53,927 nt of DNA from a virus (lineage: Duplodnaviria; Caudoviricetes): the IMG/VR virus record IMGVR_UViG_3300037585_001389, positions 1 through 53,927 of that record; one strand, given 5' to 3'. The notes beneath the pieces are model-generated. The model ran no database searches, had not been told where the DNA came from, and was given only the letters and a program-made list of their open reading frames with translations. Below, piece after piece: positions 10,120 through 20,808 of this stretch. A program made the translations under genes and the position numbers. Each line of letters begins with the position of its first letter. Within the stretch, counting starts at the first letter, position 1.

Positions 10120-10866
10120 ATGGCAATAAGTGTAGACACAGTATATCAAAGAGTATTAACCCTTGCTAACAAAGAGCAACGTGGTTATATCACTCCGCAG
10201 GAGTTTAACTTATTGGCAAACCAGGCTCAGATAGCTATATTTGAATCTTACTTTTACGCGAAGAATCAGAGAGATAGAGCAGAACCCGCTAGAACGAATG
10301 AGGTAGATGAATCAGATATAGGAGAGTTATTAGGCGCTAAATTAAATCCATTTAGATCTGTAGAAAACGTTGAAGTAAATGCTGGTACTCAAAATACTTT
10401 TCCAGCTACAGTTGGTGTAGATGGAGTTCAGATAGATGTGTTTCAAACAGGTAGAGTTTTTTATAATGATAGAGTGGCTAAGAAAGTTAGTATTAACGAG
10501 TTTAATAGCATAGCATCTTCTGCTAGACATAATGCTACTAGCAACGCAGAAGCCGTATATACAGATAGTTTAGTTACTAGTAGAGATATATTAATAAGAA
10601 GTGCTGGGTCTAATCTAGCGTCCGGTGTTACAGTGGAGTGCTTTAGGGTACCTAGAACGGTTAGGTGGCCATATGTTGTTATACAGAATAAAGCTTTATA
10701 TAATCCTACCGATGCTGTTAGACAAGATTTTGAATTACATAAATCAGAAACAGATACTGTAGTGAATAAAATTCTTGAATTAGCAGGTATAGTAATAAAT
10801 AAAGTAGGACTCGCTCAAACAGCCGCTCAAATGATCGGTGCTGAATCACAAATCCAAAATACGTAA
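10120..10866 (+). CDS. head-tail adaptor / ring protein
   Basis: Start MAISVDTVYQRVLTLANKEQRGYITPQEFN; C-terminal DFELH...VNKILELAG; position in tail module. Confidence 0.65.
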   Translation: MAISVDTVYQRVLTLANKEQRGYITPQEFNLLANQAQIAIFESYFYAKNQRDRAEPARTNEVDESDIGELLGAKLNPFRSVENVEVNAGTQNTFPATVGVDGVQIDVFQTGRVFYNDRVAKKVSINEFNSIASSARHNATSNAEAVYTDSLVTSRDILIRSAGSNLASGVTVECFRVPRTVRWPYVVIQNKALYNPTDAVRQDFELHKSETDTVVNKILELAGIVINKVGLAQTAAQMIGAESQIQNT

Positions 10867-10870
10867 TTAA

Positions 10871-11824
10871 ATGGGAATAACAAGGTCAAATCCTCAGGGA
10901 TATTACGATAATAACGGTATCTTAAATGATGGCGCGTACGGTGATTATAGGTATATACCACTGAATGAAATCATAGATTCATTTGCCGCTACATATGTTG
11001 GTAAAGGAAAACTGTGTGAAAACGTGCTATTAAGTGACGTTACATTTCATGCTACACGAGGATTACAGGAGCTTAGCTATGATACTCTAAGAAGTACTAA
11101 AGATTGGGAGGTTGAAGTACCGTCCTCTCTCGTACTGGTCATGCCTTTAGATTATGTTAATTATGTTAAAATAGGATGGAGTGATAGTAACGGTATAGAA
11201 AGATTATTGTATCCTGCAAGCAAAACCTCAAATCCATTTGACGTAGATGAGTCAGTTCAAAGCTGGGGTGGTTTCACAGCCGACGGTAGTGCGGATGATT
11301 TAGATAGAACAGTAGCGGATTCTGACGGAAATTTTAGCTCTGACACTTGGGCTAATTATAACGCACAATCAGCCACAGACATTGGCTCTACTGACGCTGA
11401 CAATATAGATGATGAATACGGAAATCTAGTAGGCGGTAGATACGGTATTGATCCTCAGCACGCTCAAGCAAACGGTACTTTCTTTGTAGATGAAGATCTT
11501 GGTAAATTTCACTTTAGCTCTAATATGAGCGGTAAAACCCTTGTGTTAAGATATATTAGTGACGGTTTAGCACCCACAAGCAACACTGACCAAACGCTCG
11601 ATCTCACTAACAGTTTAGTTCCAAAATTAGCAGAAGAAGCTATATACAAGCATATACTCTACGGTGTGTTACTAGCTCGTAAAGATTCTCCAGCGGGATT
11701 GCTAGCTCAGATTAAGAAAGAGAGATTTGCAGAAACTAGAAAAGCTAAGCTTAGACTTTCAAATATTAAATTAGAAGAATTAACTCAAATACTTAGAGGA
11801 AGCTCTAAACAAATCAAACACTAA
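10871..11824 (+). CDS. tail tubular / ring protein
   Basis: RGLQELSYD, MPLDYVNYVKI, VLRYISDGL, VPKLAEEAIYKHI; precedes tail stabilisation gene. Confidence 0.65.
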   Translation: MGITRSNPQGYYDNNGILNDGAYGDYRYIPLNEIIDSFAATYVGKGKLCENVLLSDVTFHATRGLQELSYDTLRSTKDWEVEVPSSLVLVMPLDYVNYVKIGWSDSNGIERLLYPASKTSNPFDVDESVQSWGGFTADGSADDLDRTVADSDGNFSSDTWANYNAQSATDIGSTDADNIDDEYGNLVGGRYGIDPQHAQANGTFFVDEDLGKFHFSSNMSGKTLVLRYISDGLAPTSNTDQTLDLTNSLVPKLAEEAIYKHILYGVLLARKDSPAGLLAQIKKERFAETRKAKLRLSNIKLEELTQILRGSSKQIKH

Positions 11825-11827
11825 AGT

Positions 11828-14800
11828 ATGGCAGAGTTAAAACGTAATTTTCTTAAAGCGAAGATGAATAAAGACTCTGATGAGAGAGTCATTCCACCTG
11901 GTGAATACAGGGACGCTTTAAATGTGCAGATACAAACTTCTAGTACGGGAGATGTAGGTTCATTACAGAATATAAAAGGTAACACAAAAATAACTAACGT
12001 TGTTGGAGCAGGTACTTACCCTACTCCACATGCAGATGATATTTGTGTTGGTATCGTGAGCCATCCTTCCACTGATAAGATTTACTATTTTATAAATTCA
12101 GGTGGAGGAGATGTAAAGAAAGATTATATTCTACAGTATGATCCTATTGCAAATCTCATTACATACGTTTTTGTAGATATATACTCAGTTAAAAAAACAG
12201 GGTTAAGCGGAACTGCCGCTACCTTCCCCGTGGATGCCGCTGAAGCCAAGACGATAAGACCTGGTATGATATTTGAAGCTGGTAACACCACGTATAAAGT
12301 TACAAAGGTAGACCCATCAGGAACACCAACGGTGACATTAGACGCTGCCGCGCTTTTACCAGATCCACTAGTACTTACACACCGTAGAACTTTAAACTTT
12401 CCAGAAAAACTTATTACAGGTATAAATATTCTGGATGACAATCTTTTTTGGACAGATAACGCTACTGAACCTAAAAGGATTAATATAACTAGATCTATCC
12501 GCGGAACAGGTGGAGCGTCAGCTGTTCCAGCTACTTTACCGCTAGGGGATAATGCTAACTACCATACTAGGTTTATTAGGGTAACACCTGGTACTTCTAG
12601 TGATTTAGAGATGATTACGTACGAGAACGGCGGGACATTTCCTAGGTTTATGGCTCTTAAAGACATAACCGTTATACGTAAACCACCTTTACAAGCTTTA
12701 AAAGTTAGTGCGTTTAACACCGTTGAAGAGCGAGCTGATCCAGTATCTGGAATTGTTAACGCAACCATTATATGGGCTGGCTTGTACCCTGTTGGTAGTG
12801 TTATAACAGGTTTAACTTTTACTTTCCCAGTAGACTTCCGTGATGGTGACATAGTTAGTTTCACAGCTCTAAGCGGTACGACAACCGCTAGCGGGTCTTA
12901 TGATATAAAACTAGAGGTTTTACCTACAGTTAGTACTTTTGAAGGCGCTTTTGACAGCGGGTATGAATTTAAAGTTCTTACTATATCCGCAGATTTAATA
13001 CCTACGATAAACGACTGGACGATAAAGCTGGTTACTAGAGAAGCGTTTTTAGATGATAAATTCGTTAGATTTTCTCATAGGTATAAGTATCAAGACGGGG
13101 AATATTCTACCTTCGCGCCTTGGTCTGAGGTAGCTTTTATACCGGGTATGTATAACTACTCGGCTCAAGAGGGTTATAACGAAGGTATGGCTAATCGCGT
13201 ACGTAGTTTAACGTTAGAAAATTACGTACCTGTGAACTTACCTTACGGAGTAACAGATATAGACTTACTATATAAAGAGACAAACAATCCAACCGTGTAC
13301 ACAGTTGAAACCGTTAAACCAACGGTGACATCATACGAAATGTTGACTGATATGGTTCACGCGGTGGTTCCATCTAGTCAACTTCTACGCCCATGGGACA
13401 ATGTACCTCGAGTAGCTCTCGCTCAAGAGGTATCCGCTAATAGAGTTATATATGGAAACTACTTACAGAACTACAACGTTAACGAAGAACCAAGCGCGAC
13501 CGTAACAACTAGGTCTAAAGCTATAAACCCCTCTAGTGGTATTGGTGGAATGCCTAGCGTAAAGTCGCTAAGGCAGTACCAAGTTGGAGTTGTTTTCAGT
13601 GATGAATATGGTCGAGAGACGCCTGTGTTAACAAGTACAAATCAATCCACCCACGTGGGAGTTGATCTAGCTCCTATGTACAATAGGTTAAAGGTTGCTT
13701 TAGACATAAAGGGACCTCCTCCACCAACTTGGGCTAAATACTATTCCTTTTATGTAAAAGAACCTACCGTAGAATATTACACCTTAGCTATGGACAGGTG
13801 GTATAATGCTGCGGATGGTAACATCTGGATATCTTTTCCTTCATCAGAAAGAAACAAGCTTGATGAAGAAACATTTTTGTATTTAAAAAAAGCGCATGGT
13901 AACAACATACAGGTCTCTAGTGGTATAGAGTATAAAATACTCGCTATAGAAAACGAAGCTCCGGATTTTATAAAAACGTTATATAGACATGTAGGTGATA
14001 TTGACAATAGTAGCGGTAGTAATGATAATATAGGTACAGATGAAGGTGGTTATCCTCTAATGGGTACTAGAGTCATATCTATATTTGACCCCGGAACAGG
14101 TTCTCTTGGTGATGAACTTTCTGGGGATGCTTTGCTTACTAGTTATTGGAGACTTAGGTTCTCTGATACAGATGATGTAGCTGGTACTTTATCTAAATTT
14201 TATGATGTTGATAAAGTAACAAAAAGTAATAGTAAGATATTTTTTCACCTGCACGGATCTATAAGTAACGATTTATCCTTTGCTACAACGGCGGGTGATG
14301 CAAACACGTATGAGAATCGAATAGACACACTTAGGGTGCAGATTTTTAAAGGAGCTATTAAATCTAGACCTGAATTTGACGGTAGATTTTTTGTTAAGAT
14401 TGCTAAAGATATTGATATAACTAACTATGTGACATCTTTTGAAGGAGATGATTGGCTGGTTTATGATAGTCGAGATTTAGCTTACATAAACAATAATTGT
14501 TATGTTGATACTAGTCCTTTCTCTCAACCGACATCTTTTGAATCTAGTGACACTTGGTTCGATACCCCTGATGAAGACCATCCCACTGAGCACGCTAACG
14601 CGCAAGGTGGTGGATCAACTTACACATGGAGTGACGCGTCAGGCGTTCTCGGAACAAGTTTAACTAATAATGATAATACTGGCGGTGCAGCGTTAAATAA
14701 TGGTGGACCTGAAAGTACAGATTTTTGGAAAATCGCTGCAGGAAGGTTTTTCATAGACCGAGCTTCTGCTTATTCTTGGAGTGGTAGAGATCAACATTTA

Positions 14801-17287
14801 CCTGGTAACATTTATGATGGTGTTTACGCTAATGGTCGTTGGCATGACGAGTATGTAATTGACTCGACAATAACTGCTGAACATAGTCTTGACGAATTCA
14901 CGGGAAACCCCGGAATACCGCAACAGTGGTATTGGAATGAAATATCTACGAGTGTAACAGAGAGAACTGCTTGGATGACTAATGTTAAAGATGACGGTAC
15001 CAAAGGCATGGCGAAACCAGGTAGAGGTTTGTTTAATTCTGGAGATTACGGATACATGGATATATCATGGAGCGGTTTTTCAAATGCAGATAATTACATA
15101 CACGCTGACGGGGTAGGTTGGTGGGTTGAAACTGAAGATGCTGAAGCAAACCAAGTAACACGCTTAGCATATGATCCTGATTTCAATGGAACAGGTGACT
15201 CGCCAGCAGACTTCATAGAAAAGCTTTACAGACCTGGTGCTAAATTTAGATTTAAACTCGATCCAGATAACACCCCATATACAGTATACTCTAATTGGGA
15301 TATTGCTATTGGTGATTCATATAATTACACGAATATAAACGAGATAAATAACGATGGAACTGGCATCTATGGTGCCGGTTATCTTAACTCAATGTATCGT
15401 CACGGTCACTACGGGATACGGAACTATAAAACCTCTACCTCAGATGGTCAGTGGGATGGTTTTAATTTACGTCAAAAGTGGTCTATTAAAGTTACCCCAC
15501 CGTTCGGTAGTGGCCCAAGTGGGTATACACCTACCACTGGTACTCAAAACTCTGGAGGTGGTATAACAGCAATAAGAGCCGTGCATCACGATGGAACCGG
15601 ACCTTATGACGCTATAGAGATACTAGCGCCTACCACTATAGATGATGATGGAAACGATATAAGTGGAGGTTTCGTGAGTAATCCAGCTGTCTGGGAAACT
15701 AAACCTAAAGAGAGTGTGGATATAGATATATACTATCAAGCTAGCGATATAATTCCTTTAGGTGTAACGTCTGAAACAGATGAAGATCTTATTCCAACAA
15801 ACTCAACTTTTACGCTTGGTGCTACAACTCACACGGTAACCAGCTGGGACAAATTAAAGATAAACACAGACTCTAATATTACTGCAGCTAGTTTTGACGC
15901 TGCTAGTATTACTTATGTTATTATAACCACTCCAAGTGGTAGAGAAACTACACTACAACTAAGTGGCGTTCAAGGTCAAAGTTACGTTACTTTGGAAGGC
16001 GTCCCTGGTTTACCCTATGTATCTCATATGTTACCTTGGAGTAACTGCTGGAGTTTTGGTAACGGTGTTGAATCAGATAGAGTACGAGATGATTATAACG
16101 CTCCGCAGATGGACAATGGAGTTAAAGCGTCCACAGTACTAGCTGAGCAGGTTAAAGAAGAGAGGAGAAAGCATGGTTTAATCTGGTCTGGTATATACAA
16201 CTCTACTTCGGGTATAAATGAAACAAATCAATTTGCCACAGGAGAAAAGATTACTAAAGACTTGAATCCAGTTTATGGAAGTTTACAGGCTCTACTTAAT
16301 AGAGACACTAGACTCGTTATGTTCTGCGAAGATAGGGTTTTAAAAGGTGTTACAAATAAAGATGCTTTATATAACGCTGACGGTAATCCTCAGCTTGTAT
16401 CTAGCAACGCCACTGTTGGTGATGTAACTCCATACGTAGGTAATTGGGGTATATCTAAAAACCCTGAGTCTTTAGCTGTATCACCTTCAACAGCTTACTT
16501 TACAGATGTTAATAGAGGTAGAGTTTTAGCCCTTTCTGGAGAAGGTATAAGACCTATATCAGATATAGGTATGGAGGGGTATTTCTCCACCTTGAAACAA
16601 GTTAGTGGAACTGTGTTGGGTACTTTTGATACTATGGCTAAAGAGTACAATCTAACATACAAACTTTTTAACACCGCGTCTTTTAGCGAAAGAAGTAACT
16701 CTTGGGTGAGCTTCAAGAGCTTTGATCCACAGGCTGGTGTTAGTTTAAACAACGACTATTATACGTTTGCTAATGGAGATTTATGGGCGCATCACACTAA
16801 TTCTCTTTATAATAATTTTTATGGTAGTCAATATAAATCTAGCGTGACAACTATATTTGGAGACACTAGTGGTAAAGTAAAAAGCTTTAACACCGTGAAC
16901 TATGAAGGGTCTCAAGCTAGAGTAACCGCATTCACTGATATTGACGACGTTAATTTGCTAAACGGTGTTTGGGCTACTAATGATGGTGTTACTGAAACTG
17001 ACAATGTAACAGATGGAGAGTATTTTAACTTAGTTACGAAAAAAGGATGGTATCTAAGTAGTATGAAAACAGATCTACAAACAGCTTCGGAAACTGAGTT
17101 TAAAGATAAAGAGGGAAAATGGTTTGGAGTACCTAGTGGAGATAATACGGTATCTAGTACCGCTAATTTTTCTACTCAAGGATTAGGTACAGCTACAGCA
17201 GTTCATAGTGGATCAGCTAGTGGTACTGTTACTATATCGCTTGCTAATAGCTCTACTGGTAGTGATGGAAGTGATTGGGATCAATAA
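11828..17287 (+). CDS. tail stabilisation/nozzle protein (P22 gp10-like, crAss 'muzzle') with large insertions
   Basis: 1819 aa; N-terminal KMNKDSDERVIPPGEYRDALN, LFWTDNATEPKRINI, GISKNPES, YFTDVNRGRVL, FKDKEGKWF. Confidence 0.75.
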   Translation: MAELKRNFLKAKMNKDSDERVIPPGEYRDALNVQIQTSSTGDVGSLQNIKGNTKITNVVGAGTYPTPHADDICVGIVSHPSTDKIYYFINSGGGDVKKDYILQYDPIANLITYVFVDIYSVKKTGLSGTAATFPVDAAEAKTIRPGMIFEAGNTTYKVTKVDPSGTPTVTLDAAALLPDPLVLTHRRTLNFPEKLITGINILDDNLFWTDNATEPKRINITRSIRGTGGASAVPATLPLGDNANYHTRFIRVTPGTSSDLEMITYENGGTFPRFMALKDITVIRKPPLQALKVSAFNTVEERADPVSGIVNATIIWAGLYPVGSVITGLTFTFPVDFRDGDIVSFTALSGTTTASGSYDIKLEVLPTVSTFEGAFDSGYEFKVLTISADLIPTINDWTIKLVTREAFLDDKFVRFSHRYKYQDGEYSTFAPWSEVAFIPGMYNYSAQEGYNEGMANRVRSLTLENYVPVNLPYGVTDIDLLYKETNNPTVYTVETVKPTVTSYEMLTDMVHAVVPSSQLLRPWDNVPRVALAQEVSANRVIYGNYLQNYNVNEEPSATVTTRSKAINPSSGIGGMPSVKSLRQYQVGVVFSDEYGRETPVLTSTNQSTHVGVDLAPMYNRLKVALDIKGPPPPTWAKYYSFYVKEPTVEYYTLAMDRWYNAADGNIWISFPSSERNKLDEETFLYLKKAHGNNIQVSSGIEYKILAIENEAPDFIKTLYRHVGDIDNSSGSNDNIGTDEGGYPLMGTRVISIFDPGTGSLGDELSGDALLTSYWRLRFSDTDDVAGTLSKFYDVDKVTKSNSKIFFHLHGSISNDLSFATTAGDANTYENRIDTLRVQIFKGAIKSRPEFDGRFFVKIAKDIDITNYVTSFEGDDWLVYDSRDLAYINNNCYVDTSPFSQPTSFESSDTWFDTPDEDHPTEHANAQGGGSTYTWSDASGVLGTSLTNNDNTGGAALNNGGPESTDFWKIAAGRFFIDRASAYSWSGRDQHLPGNIYDGVYANGRWHDEYVIDSTITAEHSLDEFTGNPGIPQQWYWNEISTSVTERTAWMTNVKDDGTKGMAKPGRGLFNSGDYGYMDISWSGFSNADNYIHADGVGWWVETEDAEANQVTRLAYDPDFNGTGDSPADFIEKLYRPGAKFRFKLDPDNTPYTVYSNWDIAIGDSYNYTNINEINNDGTGIYGAGYLNSMYRHGHYGIRNYKTSTSDGQWDGFNLRQKWSIKVTPPFGSGPSGYTPTTGTQNSGGGITAIRAVHHDGTGPYDAIEILAPTTIDDDGNDISGGFVSNPAVWETKPKESVDIDIYYQASDIIPLGVTSETDEDLIPTNSTFTLGATTHTVTSWDKLKINTDSNITAASFDAASITYVIITTPSGRETTLQLSGVQGQSYVTLEGVPGLPYVSHMLPWSNCWSFGNGVESDRVRDDYNAPQMDNGVKASTVLAEQVKEERRKHGLIWSGIYNSTSGINETNQFATGEKITKDLNPVYGSLQALLNRDTRLVMFCEDRVLKGVTNKDALYNADGNPQLVSSNATVGDVTPYVGNWGISKNPESLAVSPSTAYFTDVNRGRVLALSGEGIRPISDIGMEGYFSTLKQVSGTVLGTFDTMAKEYNLTYKLFNTASFSERSNSWVSFKSFDPQAGVSLNNDYYTFANGDLWAHHTNSLYNNFYGSQYKSSVTTIFGDTSGKVKSFNTVNYEGSQARVTAFTDIDDVNLLNGVWATNDGVTETDNVTDGEYFNLVTKKGWYLSSMKTDLQTASETEFKDKEGKWFGVPSGDNTVSSTANFSTQGLGTATAVHSGSASGTVTISLANSSTGSDGSDWDQ

Positions 17288-17305
17288 ATATATATACAAA
17301 TAAGC

Positions 17306-19186
17306 ATGGCAGGCTGGACAACAAATACTCCTACTACAACTGTAAACGTAGGAACAGAAGTAACCGTATCGGGTTTATATATAACAATAACCCCAGTGGC
17401 TGGCTACTCTATTATTCCAGAAAATTTTATGATTGGTGGGGCGTACCCAGCAAATTTCACAAGCAATAAGTGGGTATTGGGTAACGTCGATTCTCAAATA
17501 AAATCTGTCACCTTCACTCAAGACTCAGCTAATGTTCGTGCAACAGCTGAATTCTATTCTAGCACATTCGACGCTAATACAACGGTAAACATAGACATAG
17601 ACGAAAACCCGGATAATCCAGTAACGCAAAACGTATCTGGAGTTTGTGCTAGAGTTCAATATCCACACTCTCCAAACTCAACGCTTACGGTAACTACATC
17701 TGCTGAAACTGCGGTAGACCAACAAGATGGTGATGCCACTCAACCTTGGATTAAAAGCTACAAACATCAAGAGAATGATTTGGAAAACTTTGAAGTGTTT
17801 AAGTTGGTTGTAATCCCGGGTACAGGTTACACTATACTTAATTCAACTATATTGGAAAGCGCGGAGATAGAGGGTGTTTTAGGGTATTTCGACAAAGACG
17901 TCAATAGCACCTACACTGGTGATGGTAAGGTATTCACTATTCGCTACACATCTCCAGATGGCGCGGATTTTTATACGCCATGTGATTTCGGTAATTACTT
18001 TACGATAGATTATACAGAACAATTAATAGACACAGTTGATACTAACACCATACACGGTGTTAATGTGTCATCTCCTATAGGATATCAAGGTGGAGAAACA
18101 ACAGTTACAGTTGTAGGAGCTGTTAATACTCAGTATACGATGACTATACAAAACGCTAGTACAAATCATTGGTATAATTTTGCTACTAACGCTTTTCAAT
18201 CTGGCGCTGCAAACCTAGCTGGTAACACGGGTAGCAAAGGGGTTCAAGAGACACAGATTAAAATACTAGGCGGAGATAGTTCCGTTAATTACAATATAGT
18301 ATTGGCCTCGCTAGGTAGTTCCACGCTACAAAGTGGAGTACCCACCTCAAATGGAGATCTTCAAATTAAACAATACGGTACAAGCACTTTAACTTTAGCG
18401 CCGCTGTCGGAAGAGAGCGGCGATTTTGGAACGTATAGCCCAACTACCTTAGCTATTAAAAGACCCATTAGATTTGCTGGAGACTCTTATATAGATAATA
18501 GAGTAAATGTGATAGTTGTAGACGGTATAACTAACGGTTCTTCTACAAAAGTGGATATAGTAAGCAATAATGCTAGGCTACTGAAATCTGGCATGCGTAT
18601 TACTGGTAGTGGTATACCTTATAACACTACTATTAAAGATGTAGGGACGGTAGCTAAAAGCTATATAACACTAAGTACTGCCGTTAACTTAACTTCTGTT
18701 ACTAAATTAAAGTGCGCTGAGAATATAACAGATGTAGTGCCGTTCTCATTTACAATACAGCCTGGTGGTGGAAAAACATTAGCTGTAAACACGTCTAACA
18801 ATCCCGACGATTCCATATGGGGTTTTAACGATGTTGCTACAAGTGTTAATGTTAACCAAATTGGTGCTACATCACTGGTAGTCAACAACTCTCATGGAAT
18901 TCTTGAAGGTATGACTGTAACTGGTACAGGTATACCATCTAATACAGTCGTTAGTAGTATTGTTTATAAAACACATACAATAACTTTAAATCAAGCTCAC
19001 TCAGGAGTGACGGATGGCCATAGGATGACATTCAAAGGAGCTAACAACCCTAGCGCAAAACCTATTAGTATTGACATTGCTCTTGATGCTCCAAATATAG
19101 TTATAACAGGATATCTCAATGTACCTAAGCTAGCTAATTCTGCTAGGGTTTGGATACACTTAGACGACATGATAACAGTAACATAA
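17306..19186 (+). CDS. beta-rich tail-associated protein
   Basis: T/S/G/V-rich; two repeats GMRITGSGIPYNTTI and GMTVTGTGIPSNTVV. Confidence 0.6.
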   Translation: MAGWTTNTPTTTVNVGTEVTVSGLYITITPVAGYSIIPENFMIGGAYPANFTSNKWVLGNVDSQIKSVTFTQDSANVRATAEFYSSTFDANTTVNIDIDENPDNPVTQNVSGVCARVQYPHSPNSTLTVTTSAETAVDQQDGDATQPWIKSYKHQENDLENFEVFKLVVIPGTGYTILNSTILESAEIEGVLGYFDKDVNSTYTGDGKVFTIRYTSPDGADFYTPCDFGNYFTIDYTEQLIDTVDTNTIHGVNVSSPIGYQGGETTVTVVGAVNTQYTMTIQNASTNHWYNFATNAFQSGAANLAGNTGSKGVQETQIKILGGDSSVNYNIVLASLGSSTLQSGVPTSNGDLQIKQYGTSTLTLAPLSEESGDFGTYSPTTLAIKRPIRFAGDSYIDNRVNVIVVDGITNGSSTKVDIVSNNARLLKSGMRITGSGIPYNTTIKDVGTVAKSYITLSTAVNLTSVTKLKCAENITDVVPFSFTIQPGGGKTLAVNTSNNPDDSIWGFNDVATSVNVNQIGATSLVVNNSHGILEGMTVTGTGIPSNTVVSSIVYKTHTITLNQAHSGVTDGHRMTFKGANNPSAKPISIDIALDAPNIVITGYLNVPKLANSARVWIHLDDMITVT

Positions 19187-19545
19187 TGGCAAGTATAACA
19201 TTAACATTCGCAGCACCTTTAAATGAATCATGCCAAGTTGGGGACACAGCTTACGCTGTTGCTACAACCCCTAGCGGAGGGTTTAGCAAAGGAGAAAACC
19301 TTCAGTTAATCGGGCAAATAAGGCAGATCACAAATCCAACTAGTAATGCGCCAACTATAATATGTGAAACATCTCTAGCTAACGCGAGCGCTGTTCATAA
19401 TAACTTTATATTATTTCGCAAAGACGAAAGAGTTAATATGAGTTCTATACTTGGTTATTACGCAGAGACTAAATTCGTGTGTGACGACTTGGATAAAGCT
19501 GAGCTATTCGCTGTAGGCGTTGATACGTTTGATAGCAGTAAATAA
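19186..19545 (+). CDS. small tail-associated protein
   Basis: ATG at 19186 (TAATG coupling); PLNESCQVGD...ILGYYAETKF...ELFAVG. Confidence 0.65.
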   Translation: MASITLTFAAPLNESCQVGDTAYAVATTPSGGFSKGENLQLIGQIRQITNPTSNAPTIICETSLANASAVHNNFILFRKDERVNMSSILGYYAETKFVCDDLDKAELFAVGVDTFDSSK

Positions 19546-19565
19546 CTGCTATACGATGTAACTAT
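19538..19565 (+). promoter_or_regulatory. putative phage-sigma promoter (GTAAATA-N11-ATGTAACTAT)
   Basis: Same boxes and spacing as the element at 49669-49696 (-); lies upstream of the ejection-protein genes. Confidence 0.55.
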
Positions 19566-19591
19566 TATACTAGTGTATATAATTAAATATA

Positions 19592-20062
19592 ATGGATGGT
19601 AGTATATCAAGAAATTTTAAGTCTGCAGTTACTAGATTAGAGCAAGATCTAAAAGTTATAGCTAACGGAGACACTATAGTAGTTGGAACAGACGATAAAC
19701 CTATAGTAACAGACAGTAAACTAGTACCTATTAGGCACTTCTTTATGGATGGAGTTTATGTAAGAGAGATGACCATGTACAAGGATACCGTGGTTGTTGG
19801 TGCTATACATAAACATCTACACATGTGCTTTTTACTTACTGGTAAGATCACAGTTATAAACGAAGAAGAGACAATAGATCATATCGCACCTTGTTTTATT
19901 GTCTCCACACCTGGAATTAAAAGAGTATTATATGCGCACGAAGATTCTATATGGTATAACACCCATAAGAACCCTAGCAACACTGAAGATGTTGAAAAAC
20001 TAGAGAGAGATATCGTAGCAATAAGTTATAAAGAGTATGAAGAATACATTAAAAATAAATAG
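19592..20062 (+). CDS. cupin-fold protein preceding ejection proteins
   Basis: HFFMDGVYVREM...VGAIHKHLH...LLTGKITV...STPGIKRVLYAHEDSIW: cupin metal-binding pattern. Confidence 0.65.
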   Translation: MDGSISRNFKSAVTRLEQDLKVIANGDTIVVGTDDKPIVTDSKLVPIRHFFMDGVYVREMTMYKDTVVVGAIHKHLHMCFLLTGKITVINEEETIDHIAPCFIVSTPGIKRVLYAHEDSIWYNTHKNPSNTEDVEKLERDIVAISYKEYEEYIKNK

Positions 20063-20065
20063 ACT

Positions 20066-20788
20066 ATGAGTTTTGTAATGGCCGCTACCGCCGTGATATC
20101 TGCCGGTGTAGGTGTATATAAAGCCGTGCAGGGTAAAAAAGCTGCTGACGCTGCCGCTGAGGAGGCTGAAAAAGCTAGAGCAGAGATGGAGAAGCATAAG
20201 AAAGCTTTTGAAGCTTTAGATACTAGTAATCCATACCTCAATATGGAAAATACTATGGAGGATTTAACTATCAACCAACAGCAAGCGGAGTTTGAGAAAC
20301 AAAACAATATGCAGAACCAAGCTAATATAATGGGGCAGATGCGCGGTGCAGCTGGTTCATCTGGTATAGCGGCTTTAGCTCAGAGTTTAGCTAATCAAGG
20401 TTCTTTACAGGCTCAACGAGCGTCTGCGTCTATTGGAACTCAAGAAGCTCAGAATCAGAAGTTAGAACGAGGGGAAGCTAGTAGAATACAAGGTTTAGAA
20501 AGAGAGGGTGATCTTATGAGCAGACAAATGCAGATGGGTAAGATCGATACCTTAATGGGTATGTCCGCGGGTGATGTGACGAATGCTCAAGCGATGCAAG
20601 CTGCGGGTAATGCTCAGATGATGGCTGGTATAGGTGATGCAGCTAGTGGGTTAACCACCTTCGCGGGGCAAGCTGCTGGATGGGGTGGAGGAGGTAGTGA
20701 TAATATTGACCCTGGAGTATTAGAAGATGAGTGGGCAAGCTCGGACACTAATCTTGGATACCAAGACTGGTTGGATTCAAGAGATTAA
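20066..20788 (+). CDS. internal virion / DNA ejection protein
   Basis: Hydrophobic A/G N-terminus with Q/A/M-rich helical body. Confidence 0.6.
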   Translation: MSFVMAATAVISAGVGVYKAVQGKKAADAAAEEAEKARAEMEKHKKAFEALDTSNPYLNMENTMEDLTINQQQAEFEKQNNMQNQANIMGQMRGAAGSSGIAALAQSLANQGSLQAQRASASIGTQEAQNQKLERGEASRIQGLEREGDLMSRQMQMGKIDTLMGMSAGDVTNAQAMQAAGNAQMMAGIGDAASGLTTFAGQAAGWGGGGSDNIDPGVLEDEWASSDTNLGYQDWLDSRD

Positions 20789-20808
20789 ACTTTGAATAAC
20801 TAAATATC

